Positions 7,185 through 18,579 of a stretch of 18,818 nt of DNA are shown in pieces (the first letter of the stretch is position 1; each line of letters begins with the position of its first letter). Below the pieces are notes generated by a model. It did no database searches. It saw only the letters and a program-made list of their open reading frames with translations, and was not told the DNA's origin. Source of the DNA: Fibrobacteria bacterium (GTDB lineage Bacteria; Fibrobacterota; Fibrobacteria; UBA11236). The position numbers were made by a program, and so were the translations under genes. The stretch lies in NCBI GenBank assembly GCA_041746255.1, contig JBGTHM010000024.1:1-18818 (forward strand). Reading direction: 5' to 3'.

Positions 7185-10100
7185 TCAAGCGTTGGTCTCC
7201 GAAGAAACCAAGGTGTCCCCTCCGTCCAATTCGGGAATTCCTCCCACCAGGGCCTCTTCCTCCGCATCCGCGTCCAAATCGTGCACACGAATCTTTCCGA
7301 TAGTGGTATTTCCCGTACCCGAGGGTATGAGCCTTCCCATAATGACATTTTCTTTAAGGCCTTCGAGCGTGTCGATTTTGCCCGCAATGGAGGCAGCCGT
7401 CAAGACGCGTGTGGTTTCCTGGAAGGACGCCGCCGAAATGAAGCTGTCGGTTCCCAAAGACGCCTTGGTAATACCCAGGAGCATCGGTTTATAGGTCGCT
7501 TGGCGCATGGCCATGGCCTGGACTCGATTATTTGCTTCACGCAGTCGGGCCTTGGAAATCTCCTCGCCTTCCAGCAACTCGGTTTCACCCGAATCCACAA
7601 TGGCCACCTTGCGCATCATCTGACGGACTATGCATTCGATATGCTTATCGGAAATGGTTACGCCCTGGAGGCGGTAAACCGCTTGGATCTCTTCCACCAG
7701 ATAGCGCTGCACAGCCGCGTCTCCCGCAATTTTCAGAATGTCGTGGGGATCGATAGGACCATCGCATAACTTGTCTCCCGAGCGAACACGGTCTCCCGGG
7801 TGTACCGTGACGTGTTTTCCTCGTGGAATGAGGTAGGATTCACGCGATTCGCCATCTTCGATGACGATACGTTGCTGACCGCGCTCCACGTCCCCGAAGG
7901 ACACGATACCGTCGATGGCGGAAACCACAGCCGGATTTTTCGGACGGCGTGCTTCGAATAGTTCAGCTACGCGGGGAAGTCCTCCGGTGATGTCGCGAGT
8001 CTTACCGGCGGCACGCGTAATTTTCGCAACAGCATCTCCGGCATGAACCTCTTCGCCGTTTTTGAATTGTAAGTAGGCGTTTTCCGGGATGGCGTAGCGA
8101 CCCAGCTTGGCGCCTTTTTCATCTACGATGTTCAGATGCGGATGCAATTTGGCCCGCTTGTCGCGGATGACACGCAGACGTTCCATACCCGTGGTTTCGT
8201 CATACTCCACGACGTAGGTGGTGCCTTCCTTGATTCCGTCGAATTCCATCTTGCCCGATGCTCGACTGATGATCACCGTATTGTAGGGATCCCATTCGAA
8301 CAGGAGTTTGCTGGCTTTGATTTGATCGTCGTGTTTTACCTTTAATATGGATCCGTAAGGGATGACATAACGCATACGGGTGATGCCGCTATCGTCCAAA
8401 AGCGTCATTTCGCCGGAACGACTGACCACCACATCATCATTGCGTCGCGATTTCACCGTTTCCACGTCGCGGAAGGAAACCTTGCAATCCCACTTCGATT
8501 TTTTCACCGATTCGGCCGTCATGCGTGACGCCGCTCCGCCGATATGAAAGGTACGTAGGGTGAGCTGGGTACCCGGTTCGCCGATGGACTGGGCCGCCAT
8601 AACGCCGACAGCTTCGCCAAGGTCGATCATTCGGCCATTGGCCAAATTTCGACCATAGCACAATGCACATACGCCGCGTTTGGTTTCGCAGGTCAGTACG
8701 GAACGAACCTTCACCATTTCCACGCCGGCCTCGGCGATTTTCTTTCCCAGGATTTCGTCGATGAGAGTGCCCGCATTGCAAATGGCATCGTCGGTAATGG
8801 GATGGTAGATATCGTCACAGGCGACACGACCCAGAATTTTTTCCTCGACGGTAACCACCACGTCGTCGCCCTCGGTGGTATCCGTCATTTCGACTCCCAT
8901 CACGGTACCGCAATCGTACTCGTTGATGACTACGTCTTGGGCTACGTCTACTAGACGTCGCGTGAGGTAGCCTGCATCCGCGGTTTTTAGCGCGGTATCC
9001 GCCAGGCCCTTGCGGGCACCGTGGGTGGAGATGAAATATTCCAATACGTTCAAGCCTTCTCGAAAACAGGAAAGAATCGGATGTTCAATGATTTCCTGTC
9101 CCGTCATCTTCTTTTGCGGCTTGGCCATAAGGCCGCGCATACCCGAAAGCTGCTTGATTTGCTCACGGCTACCGCGTGCGCCCGAAACGGCCATCATATA
9201 AACGGGGTTGAGACCGTCGCGATCCTTCGCGAGCTTTTCATAAACAAGCGAGGCCACGTCATTAGTGGTATGCGACCACAAGTCGATTATCTGATTGTAC
9301 CGTTCGCCTTCGGTGATGACTCCGTTTTCGTAAAGCTCGATAACCTTGTCAACCTTGGCCTTGGTAGCCTTGATCATCTCATATTTCTCGGGCGGGATTA
9401 TCATATCGTCGAGAGATATGCTCATTCCCCCGCGCATGGCCCAATGGAAACCCATGTTTTTTACGTCGTCAAGAAACTTGCAGGTGCCTTCATTTCCCAC
9501 AATGCGAAAGAACTTATCGATGGTGGACGAAATGGTTTTTTTGTCGAAGGTTTGGTTTTGGAATCCCAACTCCTTGGGAATAATCTGATTGAAAATAACC
9601 CTACCCACGGAGGTTTCGATCATTTTTCCATCGAGACGGACTTTTATGGGAACGTGAAGGTCCAGGTATCCGGCTTCATACGCCTGAACGGCCTCATCGC
9701 CATCGGAAAAAGCCTTACCGGCGCCCTTACCGGCTGGCTTCATGGTGGTCAGATAATAACAGCCAAGCACGATGTCCTGCGATGGAACGGCGATAGGCTG
9801 TCCCGATGCCGGATGCAGGATGTTGTTCGCCGAAATCATGAGCACGCGGCATTCGAGCTGTGCCTCAAAAGATAACGGGAGATGGATGGCCATTTGGTCG
9901 CCGTCGAAATCGGCGTTGAATGCGGTACACACCAACGGATGCAGGCGAATGGCCTTGCCTTCCACCAACTTGGGATAAAAAGCCTGGATGCCCAGTCGAT
10001 GAAGGGTCGGTGCGCGGTTCAAGAGCACGGGGTGATCGTCGATGATCTCCTCGAGAATATCCCATACCTCGGGACGTTCCTTCTCTACGAATTTCTTGGC

Positions 10101-11276
10101 CGATTTGACTGTATGCACATAGCCTTTCTCTTCCAGCTTCTGGATGATGAAAGGCTTATATAGCTCGAGAGCCATGGGCTTGGGAAGACCGCATTGATGC
10201 ATCTTCAGTTCAGGACCTACCACGATGACGGAGCGACCGGAATAGTCGACGCGCTTTCCGAGAAGATTCTGGCGGAAGCGCCCTTGCTTGCCCTTGAGCA
10301 ATTCAGACAGCGATTTGAGCGGGCGTCGATTTTCGCCTTTTACGGAAAAAGTGCGGCGGCCGTTGTCGAAAAGCACGTCCACGGCTTCCTGCAGCATGCG
10401 CTTTTCATTACGCAGAATGACTTCTGGCGCCTTGATGTCGATAAGCTTCTTGAGACGGTTATTCCGGTTGATGACACGACGATATAAGTCGTTCAAATCG
10501 GAGGTTGCGAAGCGACCGCCTTCGAGCGGAACCAGCGGACGTAAATCGGGAGGAATGACGGGAAGCACGTCGAGCACCACCCATTCCGGTCGGTTGGGCG
10601 ACTTGCGAAAAGCTTCCACCACTTTGAGGCGCTTCAGCAAATCGGCCTTGCGTTGGCTGGAAGTTTCCGTTTTGATGCGCTCCCGCATTTCGACGGAGAG
10701 GGTGTCGGGAGTGATTTCTGCCAACAATTGCTTGATGGCGGGCGCACCCATTTTGGCGTCGAAATGGCGGCCTTCATCTTCGAGGTCAATGTATTCGTCT
10801 TCGCTGATCAGCTGTCCGATTTTGAGATCGGTGTCTCCCGAATCCAAAACAATATAAGATTCGTAATAAATCACCCTCTCAAGATTGGTGACCGACATAC
10901 CCAATAGCGACCCAATGACCGAGGGAAGGCTTTTGAAGAACCAGATATGCACTACCGGCACAGCCAATTCGATATGGCCCATGCGTTCGCGACGGACCTT
11001 CGAATGGGTTACTTCCACCCCGCATCGATCGCAGACCACGCCACGATAGCGGATACGCTTGTATTTTCCGCAGCTGCACTCCCAGTTTTTAACCGGTCCA
11101 AAAATCCGCTCGCAGAAAAGACCGTCTTTTTCGGGCTTGAAGGAGCGGTAATTGATAGTTTCCGGCTTGGTCACTTCACCGTAAGACCAGCTCCGAACCA
11201 CGTCCGGAGAGGCCAACTGGATGGTGATGGCTTCTTTTTGCTGGGTTTCGGTTGTGGTTTCGAAAAGTTCGTTCAT
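7185..11276 (-). CDS. rpoC: DNA-directed RNA polymerase subunit beta'
   Basis: Zn finger CSCGKYK...CDRC, catalytic [49 protein letters not shown]. Start reassigned to ATG11276 (MNELF) with SD GGGGAG. Confidence 0.99.
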   Translation of the reverse strand: MNELFETTTETQQKEAITIQLASPDVVRSWSYGEVTKPETINYRSFKPEKDGLFCERIFGPVKNWECSCGKYKRIRYRGVVCDRCGVEVTHSKVRRERMGHIELAVPVVHIWFFKSLPSVIGSLLGMSVTNLERVIYYESYIVLDSGDTDLKIGQLISEDEYIDLEDEGRHFDAKMGAPAIKQLLAEITPDTLSVEMRERIKTETSSQRKADLLKRLKVVEAFRKSPNRPEWVVLDVLPVIPPDLRPLVPLEGGRFATSDLNDLYRRVINRNNRLKKLIDIKAPEVILRNEKRMLQEAVDVLFDNGRRTFSVKGENRRPLKSLSELLKGKQGRFRQNLLGKRVDYSGRSVIVVGPELKMHQCGLPKPMALELYKPFIIQKLEEKGYVHTVKSAKKFVEKERPEVWDILEEIIDDHPVLLNRAPTLHRLGIQAFYPKLVEGKAIRLHPLVCTAFNADFDGDQMAIHLPLSFEAQLECRVLMISANNILHPASGQPIAVPSQDIVLGCYYLTTMKPAGKGAGKAFSDGDEAVQAYEAGYLDLHVPIKVRLDGKMIETSVGRVIFNQIIPKELGFQNQTFDKKTISSTIDKFFRIVGNEGTCKFLDDVKNMGFHWAMRGGMSISLDDMIIPPEKYEMIKATKAKVDKVIELYENGVITEGERYNQIIDLWSHTTNDVASLVYEKLAKDRDGLNPVYMMAVSGARGSREQIKQLSGMRGLMAKPQKKMTGQEIIEHPILSCFREGLNVLEYFISTHGARKGLADTALKTADAGYLTRRLVDVAQDVVINEYDCGTVMGVEMTDTTEGDDVVVTVEEKILGRVACDDIYHPITDDAICNAGTLIDEILGKKIAEAGVEMVKVRSVLTCETKRGVCALCYGRNLANGRMIDLGEAVGVMAAQSIGEPGTQLTLRTFHIGGAASRMTAESVKKSKWDCKVSFRDVETVKSRRNDDVVVSRSGEMTLLDDSGITRMRYVIPYGSILKVKHDDQIKASKLLFEWDPYNTVIISRASGKMEFDGIKEGTTYVVEYDETTGMERLRVIRDKRAKLHPHLNIVDEKGAKLGRYAIPENAYLQFKNGEEVHAGDAVAKITRAAGKTRDITGGLPRVAELFEARRPKNPAVVSAIDGIVSFGDVERGQQRIVIEDGESRESYLIPRGKHVTVHPGDRVRSGDKLCDGPIDPHDILKIAGDAAVQRYLVEEIQAVYRLQGVTISDKHIECIVRQMMRKVAIVDSGETELLEGEEISKARLREANNRVQAMAMRQATYKPMLLGITKASLGTDSFISAASFQETTRVLTAASIAGKIDTLEGLKENVIMGRLIPSGTGNTTIGKIRVHDLDADAEEEALVGGIPELDGGDTLVSSETNA

Positions 11277-11325
11277 TAGTTTCGGCTCCCCAAACAGTTT
11301 ATTTGATAAATCTACGTCCGCCGCG

Positions 11326-11354
11326 GGCGACCGCGCCTCGATGGGCGCGGCGCC
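11326..11354 (-). other. GC-rich hairpin in the rpoB-rpoC spacer
   Basis: Minus strand GGCG-CCGCGCC-catcga-GGCGCGG-t-CGCC with no U-tract; may be a stability or pause element rather than a terminator. Confidence 0.45.
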
Positions 11355-11362
11355 TATGGCCG

Positions 11363-14300
11363 TCAAACCAGCTCTTCTTCATGCTGCCTGAATTTTACGT
11401 CGAGACAGAGGGCTTGCATTTCCTTGATGAGCACGTTGAATGACTCGGGAACTCCGGGTCGCGGAGCGTTTTCGCCCTTGACGATGGATTCGTATATCTT
11501 AGACCGGCCCATAACATCATCTGATTTGACCGTCAGCAATTCCTGCAGCGTATAGGCGGCGCCGTAAGCTTCCAAAGCCCATACTTCCATTTCGCCGAAG
11601 CGCTGACCGCCGAATTGCGACTTGCCGCCCAAAGGTTGCTGGGTGACCAGCGAATAAGGCCCAATGGAGCGTGCATGGATTTTATCGTCGACCAGATGGC
11701 CGAGTTTCAACATATACATGTATCCCACGCAGACTTGATTGTCGAGTTTCATACCGGTACGACCGTCGAAAAGGTCGGTCTTACCCGATACAGGTAACTT
11801 CGCCTCTTCGAGAACCTTGACGATATCGTCGAGACTTGCGCCGTCGAATACCGGCGTAGCCACCTTGATTCCCAGGGCGGCGGCTGCCCACCCCAAGTGC
11901 ATTTCAAGTACCTGGCCTACATTCATGCGCGAAGGAACGCCTAGGGGGTTTAACAGAATCTGCACCGGTGTTCCATCCCGCAAGAACGGCATATCCTCTA
12001 CCGGCACGACCTTGGAAATGACTCCCTTGTTGCCGTGTCGACCGGCCATCTTATCGCCCACCGAAATGCGCCGCTTCTTGGCTACGTATACTTTGACCAG
12101 TTGCAACACACCCGGCTTGAGTTCGTCACCGCGGATGATCTTATCGATCTCTTTATCGAGTTCCTCCTCAAGCCGGTGAATCATTTCATTGGCACTATGG
12201 AGCACTCTTTCCGCCACCTGGTTCGCTTTGGCGTCGAGCGTCAATCCGTTGGGAACAGCCACATCGGAGAAGTTCACTTTTTGCAACAGTTTCTCGGTTA
12301 TCTTCTTGCCTTGACCGATAAGTAGTTCGTTGGTCGAACCGTCGCGAATATCCTGGGCATCCTGCCCTTCAAGCACTTCACCCAGTTTCTTGTCGCGTGC
12401 GGCGATGATTTCCTGGATACGACCGCTCATGGAACTCCGTAATTCATCGATACGGTCCTTGTCGGATTTTTTGGTCTTTTTATCCCTTTCCTTACGGGAA
12501 AAAGTCCTCGTCTCCACCACAATGCCCTTCATCCCCGGAGGGGCTTTCAGGGAGGAGTCACGCACGTCGCCGGCTTTCTCGCCGAAGATGGCGCGCAACA
12601 GGCGTTCTTCCGGTGACAGTTCGGTTTCTCCTTTGGGAGTAACCTTGCCGACAAGGATATCCCCGGCTTCGACTTCCGCGCCAACGCGTATAATGCCCGC
12701 CTCATCCAGATTCCTCAATGCCTCTTCGCTTACATTGGGGATTTCACTGGTCAGTTCTTCGGGACCTCTTTTCGTATCACGAACCTCCATCTCAAATTCC
12801 TCGATGTGGATGGAGGTGAAGGTATCCCGCTTGCTTAGCTCTTCGGAGATGATGATGGCATCTTCGTAATTGTAGCCGTGCCAAGGAAGAAATCCTACGA
12901 TGATGTTCTTGCCAAGGGCGAGTTCACCCTTATCGGTGCTGGGTCCATCGGCAATCACTTCGCCGGCCTTGACTTTATCGCCAACTTTGACAAGAGGCTT
13001 CTGATTGATGCAGCTGTCCTGGTTCGAGCGTTCGAACTTACGCAGGGTATAATGGTCGTATTCCGGCACATCGAGAAAGTCGGTTACTTCACGACCGGCC
13101 TCTTCACGCTTGATGACGATGGTGCGGGCATCCACGCTTTCCACCACTCCGCTGTTGAGGCATACGCTTACCGATCCCGAATCGTAGGCCGCCCTGCCTT
13201 CAAGACCCGTTCCCACCAGAGGCGATTCCGCCACTAAAAGGGGCACGGCCTGGCGCTGCATGTTGGATCCCATCAGCGCGCGGTTGGCATCATCATGCTC
13301 CAGAAAGGGGATAAGGCCCGCGGCGATGGAAACCAACTGCTTCGGGCTGACGTCCATAAGCTGGACCGCGTCGCGCTGAATCAGGGGGAATTCACCCTTA
13401 CTGCGGACGATTACCATTTCCGGACCAATTTTATTCTTCGCATCCAAAGGAGTCGAAGCTGGCGCGACCGAATATTCATCTTCCTGGTTAGCCGTTAGGT
13501 AAATGACCTCGTCGGTTACCTGACCCTTGACCACCTTGCGATAGGGAGTTTCGATAAAACCGAATTGGTTCACCTTGGCAAAGGCGGCCAGCGAAGATAT
13601 AAGGCCGATATTCGGACCTTCAGGAGTTTCGATGGGGCAAAGACGCCCGTAATGACTGTGGTGTACGTCGCGAACTTCGAAACCCGCGCGTTCGCGGGTA
13701 AGGCCGCCGGGCCCCAGAGCGCTCATGCGGCGCTTGTGCGTAAGTTCAGCCAGGGGATTCATTTGGTCCATAAACTGGGACAATTGACTGGATCCGAAAA
13801 AAGTGGATATAACGGTCGACACGGTTCGGGCATTCACCAGATCCTGGGGAGTGATTTCTTCCGTATCCCGTAAGCTTAAACGCTCACGTATGGTACGCGC
13901 CATGCGGGTCAATCCCAGCGAGAACTGATTCCCCAAAAGTTCGCCGACGGATCGAACCCGGCGATTGCCAAGATGATCGATATCATCCAGATAGCCTTCT
14001 TGGGCGTATAGGCCTGTCATGTATTTCATGATGGCCAGAAAATCCTCGTTGGTGAGGATGGAGGTTTCCATGGAAACGCCAACCTTGAGACGGCTGTTCA
14101 TGCGATAACGTCCGACCTCCCCCAAGTCGTAGCGCTTTTCATCGAAGAACAGCCTTTCCATCAAGGCGCGGGCGGTTGCCACGTTTGGGGGATCTCCCGG
14201 ACGGATAAGATTATAGATGCGGAAAAGCGCTTCCTCTTCGCTGCTGGTCGGGTCCGCGGAAATAGTGTTATGGATTACCGGGTTGTCGGACTCGCCCACA

Positions 14301-15133
14301 ATCAACTTGATTTTGTCGATATCCAATTCCTGGATTTTCTTAATGATTACTGCGGTGAGGGGTGTGTTGGCTTCTGCGACAAGTTCGCCGGAATCCGGAT
14401 CGACCACGTCTTCGAATAAAACCCGTTCTTCGAGGTTTTCTGCGGTCTTAGCCGTGACCTTGATTTCTTCGCTTTGGTAGAAAAGCTTTAGGATATCCTG
14501 GTTCCGCGAGTAACCCAGGGCTCGTAATAATATCGTGGCCGGTATTTTGCGTCGGCGATCAATATTGATGTACATCGCCTCGTTGACGTCGACCAAAAAT
14601 TCCACCCAGCTTCCGCGATAGGGAATGACTCGCGCTTTGAGTAGGCGCTTGCCGTTAGGATGGGTCTCTTCGTCAAAGGATACGCCTGGAGACCGGTGCA
14701 ACTGTGAAACAATGACGCGTTCGGCGCCATTGATGATGAACGTTCCGTTCTTCGTAATAAGCGGCAAGTCTCCGATGTAGACATCGTTGGTGATCTTCTC
14801 CACGAATTTACGATCATCGCTCTCACCTGCGAATATATTCAGACTCAGGGTGGCCTTGAGGGGCGCCGCATAGGTCATTCCCCTCTTCTGGCACTCTACC
14901 AAGGAATATTTGGGAACTCCCAGGCTATACCCCTCGAACGCCAGCGAGTACTGTTCCTTGATGTCGGTTATCGGGAAAACTTCACTGAATATCTTCTGCA
15001 GACCTTCGCGCTTGCGATCCTGGAGCAGCACGCCGGCCTGGATAAAGCGGTTGAAGGAATTTACCTGAACATCCAGAAGATAGGGAAGGTCGAAGTTGAA
15101 TCGACTCGTGGAATAAGTTCTTCTTTGCACCAT
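11363..15133 (-). CDS. rpoB: DNA-directed RNA polymerase subunit beta
   Basis: [14 protein letters not shown] (rifampicin region), [59 protein letters not shown]. Confidence 0.99.
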   Translation of the reverse strand: MVQRRTYSTSRFNFDLPYLLDVQVNSFNRFIQAGVLLQDRKREGLQKIFSEVFPITDIKEQYSLAFEGYSLGVPKYSLVECQKRGMTYAAPLKATLSLNIFAGESDDRKFVEKITNDVYIGDLPLITKNGTFIINGAERVIVSQLHRSPGVSFDEETHPNGKRLLKARVIPYRGSWVEFLVDVNEAMYINIDRRRKIPATILLRALGYSRNQDILKLFYQSEEIKVTAKTAENLEERVLFEDVVDPDSGELVAEANTPLTAVIIKKIQELDIDKIKLIVGESDNPVIHNTISADPTSSEEEALFRIYNLIRPGDPPNVATARALMERLFFDEKRYDLGEVGRYRMNSRLKVGVSMETSILTNEDFLAIMKYMTGLYAQEGYLDDIDHLGNRRVRSVGELLGNQFSLGLTRMARTIRERLSLRDTEEITPQDLVNARTVSTVISTFFGSSQLSQFMDQMNPLAELTHKRRMSALGPGGLTRERAGFEVRDVHHSHYGRLCPIETPEGPNIGLISSLAAFAKVNQFGFIETPYRKVVKGQVTDEVIYLTANQEDEYSVAPASTPLDAKNKIGPEMVIVRSKGEFPLIQRDAVQLMDVSPKQLVSIAAGLIPFLEHDDANRALMGSNMQRQAVPLLVAESPLVGTGLEGRAAYDSGSVSVCLNSGVVESVDARTIVIKREEAGREVTDFLDVPEYDHYTLRKFERSNQDSCINQKPLVKVGDKVKAGEVIADGPSTDKGELALGKNIIVGFLPWHGYNYEDAIIISEELSKRDTFTSIHIEEFEMEVRDTKRGPEELTSEIPNVSEEALRNLDEAGIIRVGAEVEAGDILVGKVTPKGETELSPEERLLRAIFGEKAGDVRDSSLKAPPGMKGIVVETRTFSRKERDKKTKKSDKDRIDELRSSMSGRIQEIIAARDKKLGEVLEGQDAQDIRDGSTNELLIGQGKKITEKLLQKVNFSDVAVPNGLTLDAKANQVAERVLHSANEMIHRLEEELDKEIDKIIRGDELKPGVLQLVKVYVAKKRRISVGDKMAGRHGNKGVISKVVPVEDMPFLRDGTPVQILLNPLGVPSRMNVGQVLEMHLGWAAAALGIKVATPVFDGASLDDIVKVLEEAKLPVSGKTDLFDGRTGMKLDNQVCVGYMYMLKLGHLVDDKIHARSIGPYSLVTQQPLGGKSQFGGQRFGEMEVWALEAYGAAYTLQELLTVKSDDVMGRSKIYESIVKGENAPRPGVPESFNVLIKEMQALCLDVKFRQHEEELV

Positions 15134-15318
15134 TTTCGTCCCAATCCTTTATTTTGATTGTCGTCTACGCTCGCGCGTTACGACTCCCGGCATGCCACAT
15201 GGGTTACGCGATTCGCGAACCCGCGCTATTTATTTATCCATCAACCCAAGAAGGCCCCCCGGCGGTCTCTACACCGGGCGGCTCGCGAAAACCAGAAGCA
15301 GTGCGGCAGAGGAACGGC

Positions 15319-15350
15319 AAAAAGCCCACCTGCCTCCGCAAGCAGGCGGG
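15319..15350 (-). terminator. Terminator/attenuator between rplL and rpoB
   Basis: Minus strand CCCGCCTGCTT-GCGG-AGGCAGGTGGG (11-bp stem with G-U pairs) followed by CTTTTTG, in the same position as the E. coli rplL-rpoB attenuator. Confidence 0.7.
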
Positions 15351-15390
15351 ACTCTTTTTGTTTGGTTCTCCCGCAACGACTTCTCTCAAA

Positions 15391-15789
15391 TTATTTCAGA
15401 GTTACCTTCGCTCCAGCCTCTTCGAGTTCCTTCTTAACCTTTTCAGCTTCGTCCTTCGAAACGGCTTCTTTGACGGCCTTGGGGGCGCCATCAACCAGGG
15501 CTTTGGCTTCCGCCAGTCCCAAGCCGGTTTGGGCGCGCACGACCTTGATGACGCCGATTTTCTTTTCACCCGCGGATTCAAGGATGACGTCGAACTCGGT
15601 TTGCTCGGCAGCGGCTTCGCCACCTGCGGCTCCACCGGCCATCATCATCGGAGCGGCCGCGGCGGCTGCCGCTTCCAGTCCGTACTCGTTCTTAAGGTAA
15701 TCCGACAACTCCTTGGCCTGAAGCAGGGAAAGTGTGACGATTTTGTCGCCGATATCCTTGATGGCCGGCGTGTAAGTTGCATCTGACAT
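15391..15789 (-). CDS. rplL: 50S ribosomal protein L7/L12
   Basis: Ala-rich hinge, [52 protein letters not shown]. Confidence 0.99.
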   Translation of the reverse strand: MSDATYTPAIKDIGDKIVTLSLLQAKELSDYLKNEYGLEAAAAAAAPMMMAGGAAGGEAAAEQTEFDVILESAGEKKIGVIKVVRAQTGLGLAEAKALVDGAPKAVKEAVSKDEAEKVKKELEEAGAKVTLK

Positions 15790-15873
15790 GAGAAAATTCC
15801 TCCGTTTGAGTTATTGTCGTTGCTTATTCCGTGACTGCGGATGGTTCGCTCCGGCACCTGCCGGTTTGTTCCG

Positions 15874-16398
15874 TTATTTCGATTCCAGTTTCTCCACGAG
15901 CGCTTGGATTTGACTCGCGATTTTACCGGCAGGACCCTTGATAATCCCGATAAGTTGCGCCGATGGCCCCATCGCCAACTGCACCACTTGCGCCTGCAAT
16001 TCCCTTTTGCCGGGCATCTTGGACAATGTATCGAGTTGCTTTCCGTCATACGGCTGTCCGTCGATATACACGACCTTGAGGTCCATCAACCCGTCATTTT
16101 TCTTGTGGAAATCCACCAGCATTTTTGCTGGGGTGATGGGATCCTCTTCATCCGCGAGGATGACGGCCGTGGGGCCTATCAAGTACTTGTCCAACCCGGA
16201 AATATCACAGGCGGCCAGGGCGCGCTTGATCATGGTGTTTTTGGCAACCCGGATCTTCACGCCCTTCGTGCGGAAACTGCTACGGAGAGCCGTTACGGTT
16301 TCCACTTTTATCCCCTTGAAATCCGCGAAATATATCCCGGAAGAGGATTTAAAGTTTTCGGTAAGTTTTGCGACTACTTCGGTTTTTGCTAAAGGCAT
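15874..16398 (-). CDS. rplJ: 50S ribosomal protein L10
   Basis: ADFKGI...LR...RVAKNTMIKRAL, GPTAV, LSKMPGKREL; lies between rplA and rplL. Confidence 0.97.
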   Translation of the reverse strand: MPLAKTEVVAKLTENFKSSSGIYFADFKGIKVETVTALRSSFRTKGVKIRVAKNTMIKRALAACDISGLDKYLIGPTAVILADEEDPITPAKMLVDFHKKNDGLMDLKVVYIDGQPYDGKQLDTLSKMPGKRELQAQVVQLAMGPSAQLIGIIKGPAGKIASQIQALVEKLESK

Positions 16399-16411
16399 GG
16401 TTGCGCTCCTA

Positions 16412-17101
16412 CTATCTGGCCATGGACCGGTCGATGTGAACGCTGGGGCTCATGGTTCCGGCCACCGAAATGGTCCGAACATAGACGCCTTTTGCGGCTG
16501 CCGGCTTGGCTTTGACCACGGAATCGATTACTGCCTGAGCATTTTCGACCAGCTGGTCCCCTGTAAATGTCAATTTACCGACGGGCGCATGTACATTGCC
16601 TCCCTTGTCGACGCGGTAGGCAATCTTACCCGCTTTGAGTTCTTTGACTACCTGGGCCACGTTCATGGTGACGGTACCAGCCTTTGGGCTGGGCATTAAA
16701 CCACGGGGACCCAGAATTTTAGCGACACGGCCAACCAGAGGCATCATATCTGGGGTGGCCACGACCTGGTCGAAATCAATCCAACCACCTTGAATCTTGG
16801 TAACAAGCTCTTCCGCGCCCACGAACTCCGCACCGGCGGTTTGGGCGGCTTTTTCCAATTCGCCCTTGGCAAATACCAATACGCGAACATTTTTGCCGGT
16901 TCCATGGGGCAAAACTACGTTTCCACGCACAATTTGATCAGAATATTTGGGATCGACTCCCAATTTCATGTGCACTTCCAAGGTGGAATCGAATTTGGTC
17001 TGTACCGACGCTTTAAGCAACGCTACTGCATCCGGGAGCGCATACTCCTTCTGCCGGTCGATCTTCTCCGCTATCGCGCGGTATTTTTTGCCTCGTTTCA
17101 T
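16412..17101 (-). CDS. rplA: 50S ribosomal protein L1
   Basis: [43 protein letters not shown]. Confidence 0.99.
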   Translation of the reverse strand: MKRGKKYRAIAEKIDRQKEYALPDAVALLKASVQTKFDSTLEVHMKLGVDPKYSDQIVRGNVVLPHGTGKNVRVLVFAKGELEKAAQTAGAEFVGAEELVTKIQGGWIDFDQVVATPDMMPLVGRVAKILGPRGLMPSPKAGTVTMNVAQVVKELKAGKIAYRVDKGGNVHAPVGKLTFTGDQLVENAQAVIDSVVKAKPAAAKGVYVRTISVAGTMSPSVHIDRSMAR

Positions 17102-17185
17102 GGATTTCTTTGCCTTTATAAATGATATTTGGCGGCGTATTTGACAGATGGATAGACCTCGAATCTATACCAACGCCCTAAACTT

Positions 17186-17611
17186 TTAATCTTCGATCTC
17201 CAAGCCCATGCTTTTAGCCGTTCCCGATACCATGCGACAAGCCGCCTGCACATCAGTGGTGTTGAGATCGGGAAGCTTCATCCGTGCGATTTCCTCAATC
17301 TGAGCTTGCGTAACTTTTCCCACCTTCTTGCGGTTGGGCTCCGGAGAACCTTTTTCCAGCTTGATCGCCTTTTTCAGCAAATCGGGGGTTGGGGGGGTTT
17401 TCGTTACGAAGGTAAATGTCCGGTCGGCATAAACGGTGATGACGACGGGAATGATATATCCCTTTTTCTCCTGGGTGGCTGCATTGAAAGCCTTACAGAA
17501 CTCCATGATGTTGAGACCACGCTGACCCAGCGCCGGCCCGATCGGAGGGGAAGGGTTAGCGGATCCCGCCGGAACCTGCAACTTGATATACCCGGTAATC
17601 TTCTTTGCCAC
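17186..17611 (-). CDS. rplK: 50S ribosomal protein L11
   Basis: [39 protein letters not shown] start with SD AGGAG. Confidence 0.99.
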   Translation of the reverse strand: MAKKITGYIKLQVPAGSANPSPPIGPALGQRGLNIMEFCKAFNAATQEKKGYIIPVVITVYADRTFTFVTKTPPTPDLLKKAIKLEKGSPEPNRKKVGKVTQAQIEEIARMKLPDLNTTDVQAACRMVSGTAKSMGLEIED

Positions 17612-17667
17612 GATTTGCTCCTAAACAAAGTCTCCCGGCCTTTGCCGGTCAACCAACATTCAACTTT

Positions 17668-18192
17668 TTAAACCGAGTCTACCTGGGTAAAATCCAGCTC
17701 GACGGGGGTGGAGCGTCCAAATACGCTCACCATGACTTTTAACTTGCCCTTTTCGGCATTCGTCTCTTCGACAGTACCGTCGAAATCTTTGAAAGGCCCA
17801 TCCTTGATGCGAATCTTGTCGCCCGGAATGAACGGGATTTCCAAGGTTCCCACCTGCGCTTCTGGCTGCTCTTGGCCCTGGATACGCTCCACCTCGCTCC
17901 TACGCAAAGGCTGTGGCTTTCCAACGCCCACGAAATGAGTCACACCGGGCACATCCGTTACATAGTGCATGGTGTCTTTATTCATTTCCATTTCGATCAA
18001 CAAATAGCTTGGGTAGAATTTCTTGTCCCGTATCTGCTTTTTGCCCTTTTGTACGGAAGTCACCTCACGCATGGGCATTAAAATTTGTCCGAACAATTCT
18101 TGAAGTCCACTGCGCTCTATTAAGGCCTCGAGATGGGCTTTCACCTTGGCTTCTTGGCCGGAATAGGTATGTACGACGTACCACTTCTTCAC
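17668..18192 (-). CDS. nusG: Transcription termination/antitermination factor NusG
   Basis: KWYVVHTYSGQE, KFYPSYLLIEM, KOW domain GDKIRIKDGPFKDF...VSVFGRSTPVELDFTQV. Confidence 0.99.
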   Translation of the reverse strand: MKKWYVVHTYSGQEAKVKAHLEALIERSGLQELFGQILMPMREVTSVQKGKKQIRDKKFYPSYLLIEMEMNKDTMHYVTDVPGVTHFVGVGKPQPLRRSEVERIQGQEQPEAQVGTLEIPFIPGDKIRIKDGPFKDFDGTVEETNAEKGKLKVMVSVFGRSTPVELDFTQVDSV

Positions 18193-18218
18193 TGTGTTTG
18201 CCCTTCGAGTTTCCCGTA

Positions 18219-18401
18219 TTAACCCAGCACGAACTGGACTACTTGCGCCAGAATAGTGTCTACTCCGAAAACATATATCGAAGCCACTATGCTGAAAATG
18301 ATAACCGTAATTGTTGAGCCCTTAAGCTCTTCCTTGGTCGGCCACGTCACTTTTTTCAATTCGACTATGACGTCTCGAATGTAATTTTGAAATCTACGCA
18401 T
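18219..18401 (-). CDS. secE: Preprotein translocase subunit SecE (single-TM form, 60 aa)
   Basis: ELKKVTWPTKEEL motif plus one TM helix. Start reassigned to ATG18401 because the longer ORF overlaps the tRNA. Confidence 0.96.
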   Translation of the reverse strand: MRRFQNYIRDVIVELKKVTWPTKEELKGSTITVIIFSIVASIYVFGVDTILAQVVQFVLG

Positions 18402-18412
18402 TTTCTTTTTTC

Positions 18413-18485
18413 CAGGCCTGGAGGGACTCGAACCCCCAACCAACGGTTTTGGAGACCGCTACTCTACCAATTGAGCTACAGACCA
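18413..18485 (-). tRNA. trnW: tRNA-Trp (CCA)
   Basis: Minus strand TGGTCTG-TAGCTCAATTGGTAGAGT-A-GCGGT-CTCCAAA-ACCGT-TGGTT-GGGGGTTCGAGTCCCTC-CAGGCCT-G. Cloverleaf with anticodon CCA (18450-18452), discriminator G73, no encoded 3' CCA; usual position before secE. Confidence 0.96.
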
Positions 18486-18579
18486 AGGCTCTTTCGCTGT
18501 TTTCATTTGCGCTCGCTTCGTACCCCGGGTTTCGAAGCGACAGCCGGTATTACTCCTATAGGGATCCGGGGCCGTTAGT

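Noticed and set aside
11277..11366. 30-aa N-terminal extension of RpoC overlapping the rpoB stop
   Set aside because: It is not RpoC-like sequence, it spans a GC hairpin, and ATG11276 has its own SD.
13690..13810. Rifampicin-resistance substitutions in RpoB
   Set aside because: The key cluster I residues (Q, D, H, R, S, L) match the sensitive consensus.
15140..15245. Leader peptides upstream of rpoB (MDK*, MWHAGSRNARA*, MPGVVTRERRRQSK*)
   Set aside because: No SD and no informative codon runs; such short ORFs are expected by chance.
7135..17671. Long plus-strand ORFs antisense to rpoBC and r-protein genes (e.g. 9021-9875, 10288-10857, 15938-16699)
   Set aside because: Shadow ORFs expected from the codon bias of conserved genes; no recognisable protein features.
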